A stretch of DNA of 64,000 nucleotides from Felis catus. Taxonomy: Eukaryota. Below, piece by piece: positions 49,932-62,051 of the stretch. Made by a program: the position numbers and the translations under genes. Under the pieces are notes generated by a model. That model did no database searches. It saw nothing but the letters and a program-made list of their open reading frames with translations, and was not told the DNA's origin. The stretch is from positions 95,172,001 to 95,236,000 of the forward strand of contig NC_058368.1 in the NCBI RefSeq assembly GCF_018350175.1. Reading direction: 5' to 3'. Every line of letters starts with the position of its first letter. The stretch's first letter is position 1.

Positions 49932-50145
49932 TTTTTTCTTTTTTCTTTTTTTATTGAGAGAGAGAGACAGACAGAGCATAAGGAGGGAGGAGCAGAGAGA
50001 GAAAAGGAGACACAGAATCTGAAGCAGGCTCCAGGCTCTGAGCTGTCTGCACAGAGGCTGATGCGGGGCTCAAACTCATGAAACCATGAGATCATGACCT
50101 GAGCCAAAGTCAGATGCTTAACCAACTGAGACACCCAGGCACACC
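49932..50145 (-). mobile_element. Can-SINE with TSD
   Basis: Flanks GGTAGATCTGCTTTTT / GGTATATCTGCTTTTT. Confidence 0.95.
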
Positions 50146-50177
50146 AGGTATATCTGCTTTTTAAAAAATGCTTATAT

Positions 50178-50385
50178 AGGGGCACCTGGGTGGCTCAGTT
50201 GGGTGTCCCACTCTTGATTTCATCTCTGGTCATGATCTCATGGTTGATGGGATTGAGCCCTGGGTCTGGCTCTGTGCTGACAGCACAGAGCCTGCTTGGG
50301 ATTCTCTCTCTCCTTCTTTCTCTGCCCTCCCCTGCTCATGCTCTCTCTCTCTCAAAATAAGTAAATAAACTTAAAAAAATAAAAA
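50178..50385 (+). mobile_element. Can-SINE with TSD
   Basis: Flanks AAAAATGCTTATAT / AAAAATGCATATGT. Confidence 0.95.
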
Positions 50386-50938
50386 TGCATATGTATGGAC
50401 ATATGTATTTTCCCACATTAGTAAATATTTTTCCAAAGAATCATTTTAAAGTTCCAAATAAGGTTCTGTTGTATGAGTGTACCATTTTTGTGTGTGTGGT
50501 TATTATGAATAAAGTGCCTATGGTTATTCCTACACATATTTTGGTGATCACTTCCTCTAGGATCAAATGTGGGAAAAGAAACGTTTTTAAGACTTTGCAA
50601 TGTGGGCACATGCTTTCCAGAATGCTTTTCTTGTATTTTTACTGCGGAGTCAACATGAATTGTCCAGATACTAGTGAGTGGTAAAGTCGTAACTAGGAAA
50701 TTTACTAGTAATGAACTGAGGGTTCAAGAATACTAACCACGTTCAACTTGAGGGTTCAAGTCTATTTTTGTACATTCACATCTGCCACCCCAAGTTCGCT
50801 ATAGCCAAGGCCAAGCTTTATTTGTGTGTGTTTCTCATCAGAAAATGGCTAAACTGGAGGGCAGAAAGTGGGAGGGAATGAATGAACAACTCAGTATATC
50901 TTGGTTTTCTCTAGTTAGGCTTCAACGTCTTCTGCAGC

Positions 50939-51157
50939 TTTTTTTTTTTTTTTTTCAACGTTTATTTATTTTTGGGACAGAGAGAGACAGAGCATGAATG
51001 GGGGAGGGGCAGAGAGAGAGGGAGACACAGAATCGGAAACAGGCTCCAGGCTCTGAGCCATCAGCCCAGAGCCTGACGCGGGCTCGAACTCCCGGACCGC
51101 GAGATGGTGACCTGGCTGAAGTTGGACGCTTAACCGACTGCGCCACCCAGGCGCCCC
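50939..51157 (-). mobile_element. Young SINEC_Fc-type SINE
   Basis: Same diagnostic body as 6607 and 22521; perfect TSD TTCTGCAGCTTTTT. Confidence 0.98.
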
Positions 51158-51245
51158 TTCTGCAGCTTTTTAATAGGATGAAGACAAAAATATTCTCTAG
51201 AGGGAGTGACAGAACGGCAAATTTTATCTTACAGGGTCATACGAC

Positions 51246-51435
51246 TTTTTTTTAAAACGCGTGCACATGAGCAGGGGAGGGGCAGACGGGGGTGGTGGCG
51301 TCGGTGGACAAAGGATCTGTAGCAGGCTCTGTGCTGACAGCAGACAGCCCGATATGGGGCTCGAACCCATGAGCCACTAGATCATGACTTGAGGGGAAGT
51401 TGGACCCTTAACCGACCTAGCCACCCCAGCACCCC
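51246..51435 (-). mobile_element. Can-SINE, diverged
   Basis: GCAGGCTCTGTGCTGACAGC...CTTAACCGACCTAGCCACCCCAGCACCCC. Confidence 0.9.
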
Positions 51436-51734
51436 TGAAGGTCCTATAACTCTTTTAAATGATTAAAGCAAGGAAGCAACCAAAACTTGTTTTATAGGCT
51501 AAAGCACCAAATTTAGGATCGACCATGAGGTTCCAAAAGAGCAATAAACCCCTAATGTTATCTTTCACATGCCTTTGATATCACCAATGAAAGGATTTCC
51601 TAGAAAAATAAATTCGGTGTTTGAAGATACTGTTTATTCTAGCAATGTCTTGAAGATGCGTAATTCATATGAGCACATTAATGGCTCCAAAAAGTCTAAT
51701 AAAAAAACTCCCCTAACTTCATTTTATTCAGCAT

Positions 51735-51910
51735 TTAAAAAAAAATATGTACTTATTTATTTTGAGAGAAAGAGCAAGTGGGGGAGGAGCAGAGAGAGAG
51801 GGAGAGAGAATCCCAAGCAGGGACTCGATCCTAAGAACCGAACCCTGAGATCAAGACCTGAGCAGAAATCAAGAGTCGATGCTTAACCGACTGAGCTAGC
51901 CAGGTGCCCC
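51735..51910 (-). mobile_element. Can-SINE, internally deleted
   Basis: GAGAGAATCCCAAGCAGG...CTTAACCGACTGAGCTAGCCAGGTGCCCC. Confidence 0.9.
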
Positions 51911-52731
51911 TACTCAACATTTTCGAAGTTTACTTAATCAATAACCCACCCCCACCTTTTAAAAGTACCTGACATCTATTAAATGCACTTGAAATTAGTG
52001 TTCTGGAGAACAACCTGTCTTTAATACGGCTGGTCCACAATATGGTGGAACTCATTGAGATAATATAAAAAAATAATTTGTTGGTACAATTTCCTGGCAG
52101 CTATCTTGAAACTATTGAAAGGCAAGCCTGGTGTTCTGGGACCTGTCATTCAGCTGAGTCAGAGAAGTGAATCATACTGAATTAGATGACTTTACCCTCT
52201 CATGTTTCTGTTGAGTACATCTTAATAGTATGATACAATTAGCTTGTCCCTCTAATTATAAGCTGATAAAGAAGGTTCATGATTTTTTTCAGACACCTGT
52301 GGACAGGCACAGGCTACATGACTTAGGAATACTGATTAGTAGAGCTGGCAGTTTCTGCATCTACTCTGATCAAAGTCTTTCCATGTCCATTTGTTCTCAA
52401 AAAGACAAATTGAAGCAGGCAGGCAGATTAAGAGAAAGAAGAGGAAGCCGGCATAGAAGAAAGCCCAGTCCTCTACAGATCATGTATTAGTCTGACATCA
52501 GGTTGTATTACCTGATCAATAATGGGTGACAGAGATTCCTTAATTCTGCCTGTCAGTAATTAACAGGAAATACCTTAATTATATGCCACTCTTAAAAAGT
52601 TATAAATAGCATAGATCAATCTTTTCCCTTCACTCACTACTTGTGACTTTATTATTATGCTATAAATTACTTGTGCTAAACAGAAAGCAAAGCTTGGATG
52701 TGATTTTATTTTTGTATCTTTCTTCCTTGCC

Positions 52732-52931
52732 TTTCCTTTTTTCTTTCTTTTTTTTTTTTTTAAGAGAGAAGGAGGGAGGGAGGGAGAGAGAGAGAGAGAG
52801 AGGGAAGGAGAGGGAATCCTAAGCAGGCTATACACTCAGTGCTAGTGCTGAGCTCCATCCTGCAAACCAGGGATCATGATCCAAGAGAAATCAAGAGTCA
52901 AGCTCGATCCACTGAGCCACCCAGGTGCCCC
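52732..52931 (-). mobile_element. Can-SINE
   Basis: Poly-T, (GA)n, ends GAGCCACCCAGGTGCCCC. Confidence 0.93.
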
Positions 52932-53244
52932 TTCTTCATTGCTTGCTTTTGATTGCAAATTGACAGATACTCATTATAAAGAATTCAAATAATTAGAAGC
53001 ACCCAAAGTAAAAAGTAAAGGCTCACCATTTCTTTGACCCTACTATTCAAGGAGTAATCAATATTGATGGTTTGATGTGTATACCTTGAGATCTGGATAA
53101 ACAAACATTGACACTTTTATTTATTTATTCATTTTTTTTTCACAAAAAACTTACTATTACTAATTATATGTTCCTAGAAATGGCTTGTTTTCCCCCTTAA
53201 CTATTCCATTTTGGTCTATGAAGATCTACATCATTCATTTTATG

Positions 53245-53430
53245 GCTGAACTGGGGTGGAGGGAATCTTTCAGGATTGAGCCCTTAACCTGTGGGATCTG
53301 ATGCTATCTCTGGGTAGTAAGTGTCAGAATTGAGTTGAATTCTTGGACATCTTACTGGTCTCCAAGAATTGCTTATTGGAAATATAGGGACCCCTCCCAC
53401 CCTGCTGCAAGGTGAAACCGGACCCGTAAT
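53245..53430 (+). mobile_element. MER21-like LTR fragment
   Basis: GAGCCCTTAACCTGTGGGATCTGATGCTATCTCTGGGTAG...GTGTCAGAATTGAGTTGAATT resembles the MER21 3' part. Confidence 0.7.
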
Positions 53431-53629
53431 AACTTTCACCATGCATAGTACACATCTTCACAGTCATGTGTATGTATAAATATATAATGTATAAAACATA
53501 ATAGATTTATATAATTTACAGTGTTTTAATTACATATTAAAAAAAGAACGTGTGTTTGAATTTCTCCAAGTGTGGAGTTTTTATTGTATATCGTCTTTGT
53601 GCTGTGTAGGAACTCAAGATCTTCTACAT

Positions 53630-53900
53630 AATTTTTCAGCCAGGATGATATAAATTTGATCATGTCACTTCCTGCCTAAAACTCTTTATTAGCTTTCGGC
53701 TGAACTTGGACAATATCCCAGATCTCTAAGATGGTCCGGTCCGTATGGCTCTGATCTATCCATCCTGCCAACCTCTGCAATTTCATCTTGTGCCCTTCTC
53801 CCTCATCACTCTCTGGTCGTGAGCCATCTTGGTTTTCTTCTGTTTATTGAATGTGCTTTGCCTAGAATATTCTTCTTCCCATTGATTCTTGGATTATCCT
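53630..53900 (+). mobile_element. L2 fragment
   Basis: GATCATGTCACTTCCTGCCTAAAACTCTT...TGCCTAGAATATTCTTC. Confidence 0.65.
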
Positions 53901-54554
53901 ACATGACTGCCAACCCCTAGAGTATATTTGGTATCCTTTTTATTCTCAACTATGATTCTTCTATTAGGATATTTACCATAATTTTAAGAGTAGGTGCGTC
54001 GATATAGTCAATACCTACATAATGACTTTTTTTACTTCAATTTTTTTCATCTCTGTTTTATTTATTTCTGCTGTCATCTTTATTATTTCCTTCCTTCTAC
54101 TAGACTTGGACTTTGTCCTTCTTTTCCTAGTGCATTTAGTTGTAAGTTTAGGTGGTTTGAGATGTTTCTTTTTCTTGAGGTCAGTCTCTACTTCCCTCTT
54201 AGAAGTGCTTCTGCTGCATCCCAAGGATTTTGGATTGTTGTGCTTTTTTTTCCCCTTGTGATTTTCTTAGTTAACCCACTCATTGTTGTCTAGTTGCATG
54301 TTGTCTTGTCTCCATATAGTTAGATTCTTTCTAGATTTTTTCTTGTAATTGATTTCTAGTTTCACAGTGGTGTGGTCAGAAAAGATATGATATGATTTCA
54401 GTCTTCTTAAATTTATTGAGACTTGTTTTGTGGCCTCACATGTGATCTATCCTAGAGAATGTTGCCTGTGCACTGGAAAAGAATATGTATTCTGTTGGTT
54501 TTAGATGAAATGTTCTATATATATCTGTTAGATTCGTCTGGCCTCACGTGTCTT

Positions 54555-54775
54555 TCTTTTCTTTATAAATTTTTTTTAATGGTTATTTATTTTTTTGAGA
54601 GAGAGCACACACAAGCAAGGGAGGAGCAGAGGGAGAGGGAGAGAGACTATGCCAAGCAGGCTCTACACTGTCAGTGCAGAAGCAGACGTGGGGCTCGAAC
54701 CCACAAACTGTGAGATCACGACCTGAGCCGAAATCAGGAGTTGGCTGCTCAACTCATTGAGCCACCCAGGCGCCC
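54555..54775 (-). mobile_element. Can-SINE nested in L1
   Basis: Antisense body ending GCCACCCAGGCGCCC. Confidence 0.94.
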
Positions 54776-54777
54776 TA

Positions 54778-54810
54778 ATTTTTTTTTAATGTTTATTTAT
54801 TTATTTTTGG

Positions 54811-54841
<31 letters not shown>

Positions 54842-55010
54842 GAGGGAAGGGGCAGAGAGAGAGGGAGAAAAGAATCCAAAGCAGGCTTCAGGCTCTGAGC
54901 TGTCATCACAGAGCCCAACGTGGGATTTGGGCTCAAACTCATGAACCAAACCATGAGATCATGACCTGAGCCAAAGTCAGCCACGCTTAAACAACTGAGC
55001 CACCCAGGCA
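54778..55010 (-). mobile_element. Can-SINE nested in L1, tandem with previous
   Basis: Poly-T, (GA)n, ends GAGCCACCCAGGCA. Confidence 0.94.
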
Positions 55011-55209
55011 ACAATCTAATGTGTTTTTCAAAGCTACTATTCCCTTGTTGAATTTCTGTCTGGATGATCTCTCGTGATGTAATTGGGTATTAAAGTCCCC
55101 TACTGTGATTGTTACAACCTGTATAATTTCTTCCATTAGAATATGTCTCGTGAAGTTTTCACTACTATATCCTCAGCCCCTAGCACATAATAGGTACTTA
55201 GTAAGTAGT

Positions 55210-55450
55210 GATAACAATAATAAAATGAACCCTTTCAAAGCTCTTCCTACCACTGCTGTCAGTGTGAGATCTACAAACACATTTAATCCTCACTATAGTC
55301 CTAAATTGGTATTACTATTATTCCCATTTTATAGATAAGGAAACTGACACAGAGAGATGGTTCAGTCATCTGTCCACCATCATACAGCTGATAAGTGGTA
55401 GAATTGGGATTTGAATGTGAGTAGCCTGGGCCCCAGGCTCTATGCTCTCA
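55210..55450 (-). mobile_element. MIR
   Basis: TTCCCATTTTATAGATAAGGAAACTGACACAGAGA core, CAGCTGATAAGTGGTAGA. Confidence 0.85.
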
Positions 55451-55472
55451 CCTGCTGCAGCAGTGTCTCAAC

Positions 55473-55676
55473 TTTTTTTAATGTTTATTTATTTTTGAGA
55501 GAGAGAGCAGAGCATGAGTCGGGAGGGGCAGAGAGAGAGGGAGACCCAGAATTTGAAGCAGGCTCCAAGCTCTGAGCTGTCAGCACAGAGTTCAACGCAG
55601 GGCTCGAACCCACAACGTGAGATCATGACCTGAGCTGAAGTCAGACACATAACTAACTGAACCACACAGGTGCCCC
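55473..55676 (-). mobile_element. Can-SINE
   Basis: Antisense body ending CACAGGTGCCCC. Confidence 0.95.
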
Positions 55677-55696
55677 TCAAAATTTTTAATATGAGA

Positions 55697-55905
55697 GGGG
55701 CACCTGGTGTGCTCAGTCAGTTAATCCTCTGACTTTTGATTTCAGCTCAGGTTATAGTCTCACGGTTCGTGAGTTCAAGCCCTTGCACTGTGCTCCGTGC
55801 TGACGGTGCAGAGCCTGCTTGGGATTCTCTCTCTTCCTCTCTCTGCCCCCACCCAACACTCTCACTCTCTCAAAATAAGTAAATAAATAAAAACTTTAAA
55901 AAAAA
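55697..55905 (+). mobile_element. Can-SINE
   Basis: GGGGCACCTGGTGTGCTCAG head, CT tract, A-tail. Confidence 0.94.
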
Positions 55906-56951
55906 ACACTCTGGAACCAAAGTATAGCACCTGTCCTCCATTTCTGTATTGTCCAAAGGGTTACTTACAATGTAAGACGTTTGCTTTATGTGGGCTTTTT
56001 TTTGAGATAATTTCTCAGTGATCATTACCCTCATTATGTTCTCAACTATAATATAGTATAAATGTGAAAAAGTAACATGGGTCTATTTACGATGGGAAAA
56101 ATTTTGAGTCTAAAAATTAAAAGATCTCAGAAACAGATGATTATTCGTAGTATCTCTTCAGACTGCCAAATTTTCCTCCAAAAAGGTTATGTTGATTTTC
56201 TTCACTTTTCGTTGTTTATGAAAGTGCCCTGCCCCACACTCTCCCAAACACTGAATGTGAATTGTCTTTGCCTTTTTGTCGCTTTGCTACTTGTTTTGAA
56301 TGAAGATGGCAGTCTTTGGTTAAATAGAAATCAAGTACATGTGTATACTCGGTAAGTGCCTAATTGTGCCAAGAGCATGCTATTTAAGAAACTTTGCCTA
56401 AATCATCTCATTTAGGTTTCACAGTGTTGTGTGTGTGTATGTGTGTGTGTGTGCTTGTCACTTGTTGAGCAATTCTAAGATTGTGTTCATTCATCACGAC
56501 TATGTTCTTAGTTTTATGTTTGATAAGAAAGAAATAGACCACTTAATTTCTGCCCTTAGGGATCATGTAATTCAGTTAAATATGCCAGACTAATGCTTAT
56601 GGCTTAGAGGTGAACGGTGTAAAACAACACATGACTCAGTACTGAACTGTGGACTGCAGGCCACAGATGACATATCATCAGCAGAATGTTTTGAGTGCCA
56701 TTATACGTAGGACACTAAGGCTCTCAAAGGAACCAAGAGAGGAGAGGCAAGGTGTATGTAATCAAGAAAGCAATAGGCACATGGAGCTCAGTGATGGCTA
56801 CAGACCCACAATCTGATTCGACCTTGAAGGATGATTAGAATGTAAACAGATGCACACTTGTCAGGATGAGCAGTGGGTGTTATAGGTAAGTGACGAATCA
56901 CTAAATTCTATTCCTGAAATTATTATTACAATATAGTGTAATAATATTCAT

Positions 56952-57044
56952 ATTCTGTGTCTCCCTCTCTGTCCCCCCCTCCCCCGCTCATGCTCTGTCT
57001 CTCTCTCTCGAAAATAAATAAACGTCTAAAAAAGTTAAAAAAAA
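56952..57044 (+). mobile_element. 5'-truncated Can-SINE (3' part only)
   Basis: ATTCTGTGTCTCCCTCTCTG...GCTCATGCTCTGTCTCTCT...AATAAATAAACG A-tail; no tRNA head. Confidence 0.9.
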
Positions 57045-57917
57045 TGAATGAATGGGACCTATTTTGGAGACTGACGTTTTCTTTCATTATGAAAAATGAT
57101 CCCCCAAATAAAATCACCTTGCTCTCTCAGAAGATTTAATAGATAGTTGGAAGTAATTAATGAAACACCATGGAATCACTGTGTGGGAGAGCAATCGGGA
57201 ATCATATAGAGGTATTCACCAATAAGGGGATTTGAACTCATTTTCAAGGATGAGACGTACTGAACTCTGAAGGACTTCTCGATAACATTCCATTTGGCTT
57301 CGACAGCACCCTGAGCGCTCTGCTAACCTAGTGGCATATGGCGCGTGTTTGCAGGGCTCTGTATGAGGGTTGATGTAAGTCACACCTACACGTTTGCCCT
57401 GAAGAAAGTAAAATAAGCAATTTGTTCTGAAAACCAAAAGGAATTTTCCGGACCCTACCTCTGTGTGTCTAGTCACCTACCACAAACACGGAATCATGAA
57501 AGACGAATTCTGGAAACAGAAAAAGAGCTAACCAGTCTTCTTTAGCAAGTTGACTTCTTCAGGATGTCAGTAAAACACATACAGAGTGCCCAGTTTGGAA
57601 CCAGAAAATCTTCAGTCCCAGAGATTCGTCACAGAGGGTCAAAAGAAATCTGTGGTCATTCCCTTGTGACCAATGTGGGAGAGGAGACAGTCCTCCTTTT
57701 TTAAAATTTGCCATCTAAATTGTGGGCAGTTTTCTTAACCTCATATGTTATATGAGGATAATGATACGATCTATCCCATAGTTGGTCAAATTAGAGAATA
57801 TTTAATGGATAGTGGTTTCCACAATGACCACATTTCCTAGACACCAACTGAAAGATAGTTAGGCATCTTGTTGATGTTATTATTTTTCTCTTTCAGACGG
57901 GATTCAAGAAATCTGAG

Positions 57918-58075
57918 GGGGAACTGAGTGGCTCAGTCGGTTGAGCGTCTGACTTTGGCTCAGGTCATGATCTCGAGGTTCGTGAGTTCGAGCCCCGTGT
58001 CAGGCTCTGCACTGGTGATGCAGAGCCTGCTTAGGATGTTTTCTCTCCCTTTCTCTCTCTGCCCCTTCCCCACTT

Positions 58076-58112
<37 letters not shown>

Positions 58113-58133
58113 ATAAATAAATAAACTTAAAAA
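57918..58133 (+). mobile_element. Can-SINE with TSD
   Basis: Flanks AAGAAATCTGAG / AAGAAATTTGAG. Confidence 0.96.
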
Positions 58134-59269
58134 GAAATTTGAGAGAACAAGGGAAAAGAGAAGATAACTAACATTCACCGGGTCTCTATTCTATACTCAG
58201 GGGCTTAAGTGGTTTACAGATATCACTTGCTTTTTTGGCTGAAAAGTAATGTTCAACCATAGGCACAGTCTGACCCTAAGCATCACTTATAAATTTTAAA
58301 GGATCTTCAACAATATAAGACATCTTGTTAGTGTTAAAATATGCACATCAATTTCTGCTCTCATTTCAACCCTAACTTGAAATAATAGGCTTTGACCTAA
58401 TGTTTCAGATTTAAGAAAGGAATAGAAAATCCCAGGTTTTTCAATTCTGCTAGGCTGGTGACAGACTGTGAGATCAAGTTGTTATTATGACCTTTTGCTT
58501 GGGTAAATACAGGCGAGTTGTTTTGGAAGTCTCTAAAATGGTATTATTTAAGCAAATCTTTAGGCTGTTACCCTTAAAGGAGGGATTTGCTTTTCGCTCC
58601 CATTAGAAATTGCGGCTCTGATGGCTTTCCATGATTAGCTCTTGTTGGACACTTAAAAGTATTTCTTATCAGGAAGATATAATTGAATCCTGGTGCATTT
58701 TGTGTCTTCAAATGTATCTCTGAATGGCCACCTGAGAAAGCATTCGGCAGAAACACTTGCTAATGGATTTTTCTTATCCTAGGTTTACTTCTAATGCAAC
58801 AATAATCACATGTATTTCCAAAGTGCTTTTCAGCCCCAAATACAGCAGAGCCCTCTTTACAAACTACCTGTAATTCTAAAGTCACTTGCCCCATCTCCAC
58901 AGCATGGCTCTCTCTGGTGTAGAACTAGGGCGGCAGCAAGAGAAGGGAGTGATTCAGAGGGCTCCAGGAGGGGACGGGACTGGGAGGGCCAGATTGTTTT
59001 CTCTTGGAAATGCTAATCTCCCGTCCCTCAGGCTGAATGCAAATGAGTATTCCAGGAATGAACCATCCTGCCCTGGGCCAGGGTTCAGGCTTTTCCCTCT
59101 CCAACTCTTTTGTTTGTTTTACATTCACGGACATCCTTGGGCCATCCAGAGAGCTGGCAAGTTTTAGTTCCCGAGAAGAGGAAAAATTGAGCTCAAGAAA
59201 AACCCATGGAATTAGGTGCTTCGAAATCAAAACATAAAAAGCCCTTCCTTGGTTTCCTCTTCCTCTCCT

Positions 59270-60400
59270 GATTTTCAAAACCATTAATTCTTGTTGCCTG
59301 CTTTTCACATTGTGTAGAACTGGAATCACATGGTCTGCCCTGTTTCGCGTTCGCTTCTTTTGCCTAAAATTATGTTTGAGGGGCGCCTGGGTGGCTCAGT
59401 CGGTTAAGCTCACGTTGTGATCTTGCGGTCTGTGAGTTCAAGCTCCGTATCTGGCTCTGTGCTGACAGCTCGGAGCCCGGAGCCTGCTTCAGATTCTGTG
59501 TCTGCCTCTCTCTCTGCCCCTTCCTTGCTTGCACTCTCTCTTTCTTTCTCTCTCAAAAATAAATAAACATTAAAAAAAATTTTTTTTCAAATCACACTCA
59601 TCTAAAAAAAAATGTTTGAGATTCACCCAGATTTGGCATATAGCAGCAGTTCATTCATTTATGCTTGTTGATGGTATTGTATTATATGAATAGATCACAA
59701 TTTCTTTTGGAATGGGATTATCAGTATGTGGACACATCTGTGTAACTACAGATGAAGTCAAGAAGGAGAACGTTCCTCAAAGCCCAGGCGGCCCCTTTCC
59801 TGTTACTTTCCTGATTGCCAACAGCATGAATTAATTTTACCTGTTTGAAAATTTTTATAAAAACGGAGCCATGTACTGTGTATTATTCTGAGCGAGCTCC
59901 TAGATTTTGGAAAGAATGATAATTAATTTGGTTACACGGGTGAATAGCGTTATGACATGGCGTGAATATACTATAGTTTATTCACCTCTTCTACGGTTGA
60001 TGGCCATTTAGGTTGTTTCTAGTTTTTCATAGCTGCAAATATTGTGACTGCCAACACTTCCTGTGCCTATCTTTTCATCTACACATAGTTGCATTTCTCT
60101 TGGTTATATAACTGGCATAGAATTGTTGGAACTGGGGTATTTTTTTTAAACCAATTTTAATTGTAATAGATACTGCCAAGCATTTTTCCATATCAATGAT
60201 ACCAATTTACACAGCCACCAGCAGTGTATGAGAGTTCGCACTGCTCTCCATGCTGATAAACCCTTGATCTTGTGATTATTTTTAATTCTAGCCATTTGGG
60301 CTGAAGAGTGGCATCTCATTATAATTTTATTTGCATTTCTCAATTACTAAGAAGGTTGCGTCTTTTCCTGTATTTACGGGTCACGTGGCTATTGAGAAGG
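59270..60400 (-). mobile_element. Old L1 (L1M-type) 3' fragments interrupted by a SINE
   Basis: GATGGCCATTTAGGTTGTTTCTAGTTTTT; CCAATTTACACAGCCACCAGCAGTGTATGAGAGTT; TTTATTTGCATTTCTC. Confidence 0.82.
59380..59611 (+). mobile_element. Can-SINE with internal deletion and extra 3' segment
   Basis: GGGGCGCCTGGGTGGCTCAG head; TSD ATGTTTGAG at 59372 and 59612. Confidence 0.94.
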
Positions 60401-60699
60401 ATTAGTTTTCACTTACTTATTTCTCTTAGGGTTACTGGAGTCAATTTTATTGCCTATGCTACTCAGCTCTCTACCATGCTTCTGTCCCTGCAAACAACGG
60501 GTGTAGAAAAATTGGCTAGAGCTTACTTACTCTTTTATAGCGGTCCTACAGGTATATGATGAAAAGCCAGCAGAAAACACTTTGGCTCACCTTAGGAAGT
60601 GCTACACCATCAGCCGCAGACTCAAACTGCTATTGGCCCCCTTAGTCCCTCCCCTTGCGACAAGGGCTGTAAAGGAAAATTCGTTTGCTGTGAAAGAAG

Positions 60700-61660
60700 A
60701 TGGAGAGGGAGCAGGTGGAGTGACTTTTTTAGAGAGGTTTGCTGCAAAAGTCTCCTTGAGGAGGTAGTATCTGAACAACAGATCTCAATGTCCTGAGGGA
60801 ACTGGCCAAGTGAGATTGGATTCATTTGGACTGTATTGTGCACGTGCTACACGTGACAGCATGAGATTCGAGTCCTGTGAGGAGGAAGGGAATGGTAAGG
60901 ACATATTTGTCTTTAGCAGATGACTCGGGCTGCTGGGTCAAGAAGGGTCGTTGGCAGGTGAACTGGATGACCCCTCCCAAAGGAAGGGCCAGCGAGCCAC
61001 GCGCCCAAGGCGAGCGATGCCAGTGGCTGGACGTGGCGGTAGCAGTGAGGATGCTGGAGAAGGGCTGGCTTCTGGATCCGGCATGAAGATAAAGAGTCCA
61101 AGTACTTGTGGAGGGACGGTGGGACTTAGGGTGGAGGGAAGGGAGGAGCCAAGGATGACTCGGGTCCCAAGCCTGATCAAGAGAGTGAGTGGACTCTCAG
61201 TTCCTGAAGGGAAAAACTGGGGGAGCCTGGCATGGGATGGTGGGCTATGGAGTTGTCTTCTGAACATGTTAGGTTGGAGACACCTATGAGACATCAAAGT
61301 GGAAATGTCGACTGGGCGGTTACATATATATGAGCTAGAGCCTAGGCGAGAAGTCGGGCTGAGATGTAAATGTGGGGACCATTTGAAATTGAATTGAAGT
61401 CCTAGAAAAATGGAGTGACGCGTTTGGTGAGATGGCAAGCCTCGGTGATGTCCACCAGGGTGGTTTCGGCGGGGCAGCGAGGACCTCCCCGGAGTGGCTT
61501 GAGGGGCGAAGGCGAGGTGAAGGAGCACAGACTATCGTTTATCAAGTTTTGGTACAAAAGGAGACAGAGAACTGAGACAAATAGTGGAAGGGTTCATGGG
61601 ATCAAGGTGCTTTTGTAAATGGAAGATAACAAAATGGTTGTGTGCTGATGGAGAGGGTAC
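60700..61660 (-). mobile_element. L2 fragment, CpG-enriched
   Basis: TGAACATGTTAGGTTGGAGACACCTATGAGACATCAAAGTGGAAATGTC...GGGCTGAGATGTAAAT, similar to the L2 segment at ~6.0-6.15 kb. Confidence 0.72.
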
Positions 61661-62051
61661 AGTGAAGAAGATGATAATCCTGAGAAACACGATGAAAGGA
61701 TATAAAATGTAGATTTTTAAGACAAATGGAATTTTAAAAGTTTGCTCGACTGCAACAGACGCTGGCCAAAAGGAAACGATTCATAACATGTTTTGACTAT
61801 TTGAAATTAAGAAAATAGGTTTTCTTCCCTTCTGAAACATTATTCCCCAAAGCATGAGTCACAGATCTATGTTTTCTTAGTGTCTGTTCCTACACTAAGG
61901 CACAAAACGTTTAGACATTCATGATCAAAAGTTTGTATATGCTGCTTATCTAAACATTTACTCACATTGTCCATGGTCTCTTTTCCCTGTAGTTACCCAT
62001 AAAACCAAAGATTGTCTAAGTAGCCGGATCACTATGAAGAATATTCCATCC

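Larger units (their letters stand above)
54035..55115 (-). mobile_element. L1 ORF2 endonuclease-region fragment, dead, with two nested SINEs
   Basis: Minus-strand translation gives ITVGDFNTQ, TEYIFFSSAQATFSRIDHM*GHKTSLNKFKKTEIIS and SRRKEIIKMTAEINKTE, all L1 ORF2p motifs. Confidence 0.92.

Noticed and set aside
54015..55115. Possible functional L1 endonuclease gene
   Set aside because: In-frame stop, frameshifts, internal deletions and two SINE insertions.
57880..57900. Isolated acceptor-like sites (also ~3135, ~11650, ~16628, ~62630) and donor-like sites (~27100, ~56885)
   Set aside because: No convincing paired site at exon-like distance; such motifs are frequent by chance.
60938..61528. 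196-aa minus-strand ORF
   Set aside because: Lies in a degenerate GC-enriched L2 relic; no intact reverse transcriptase motifs.
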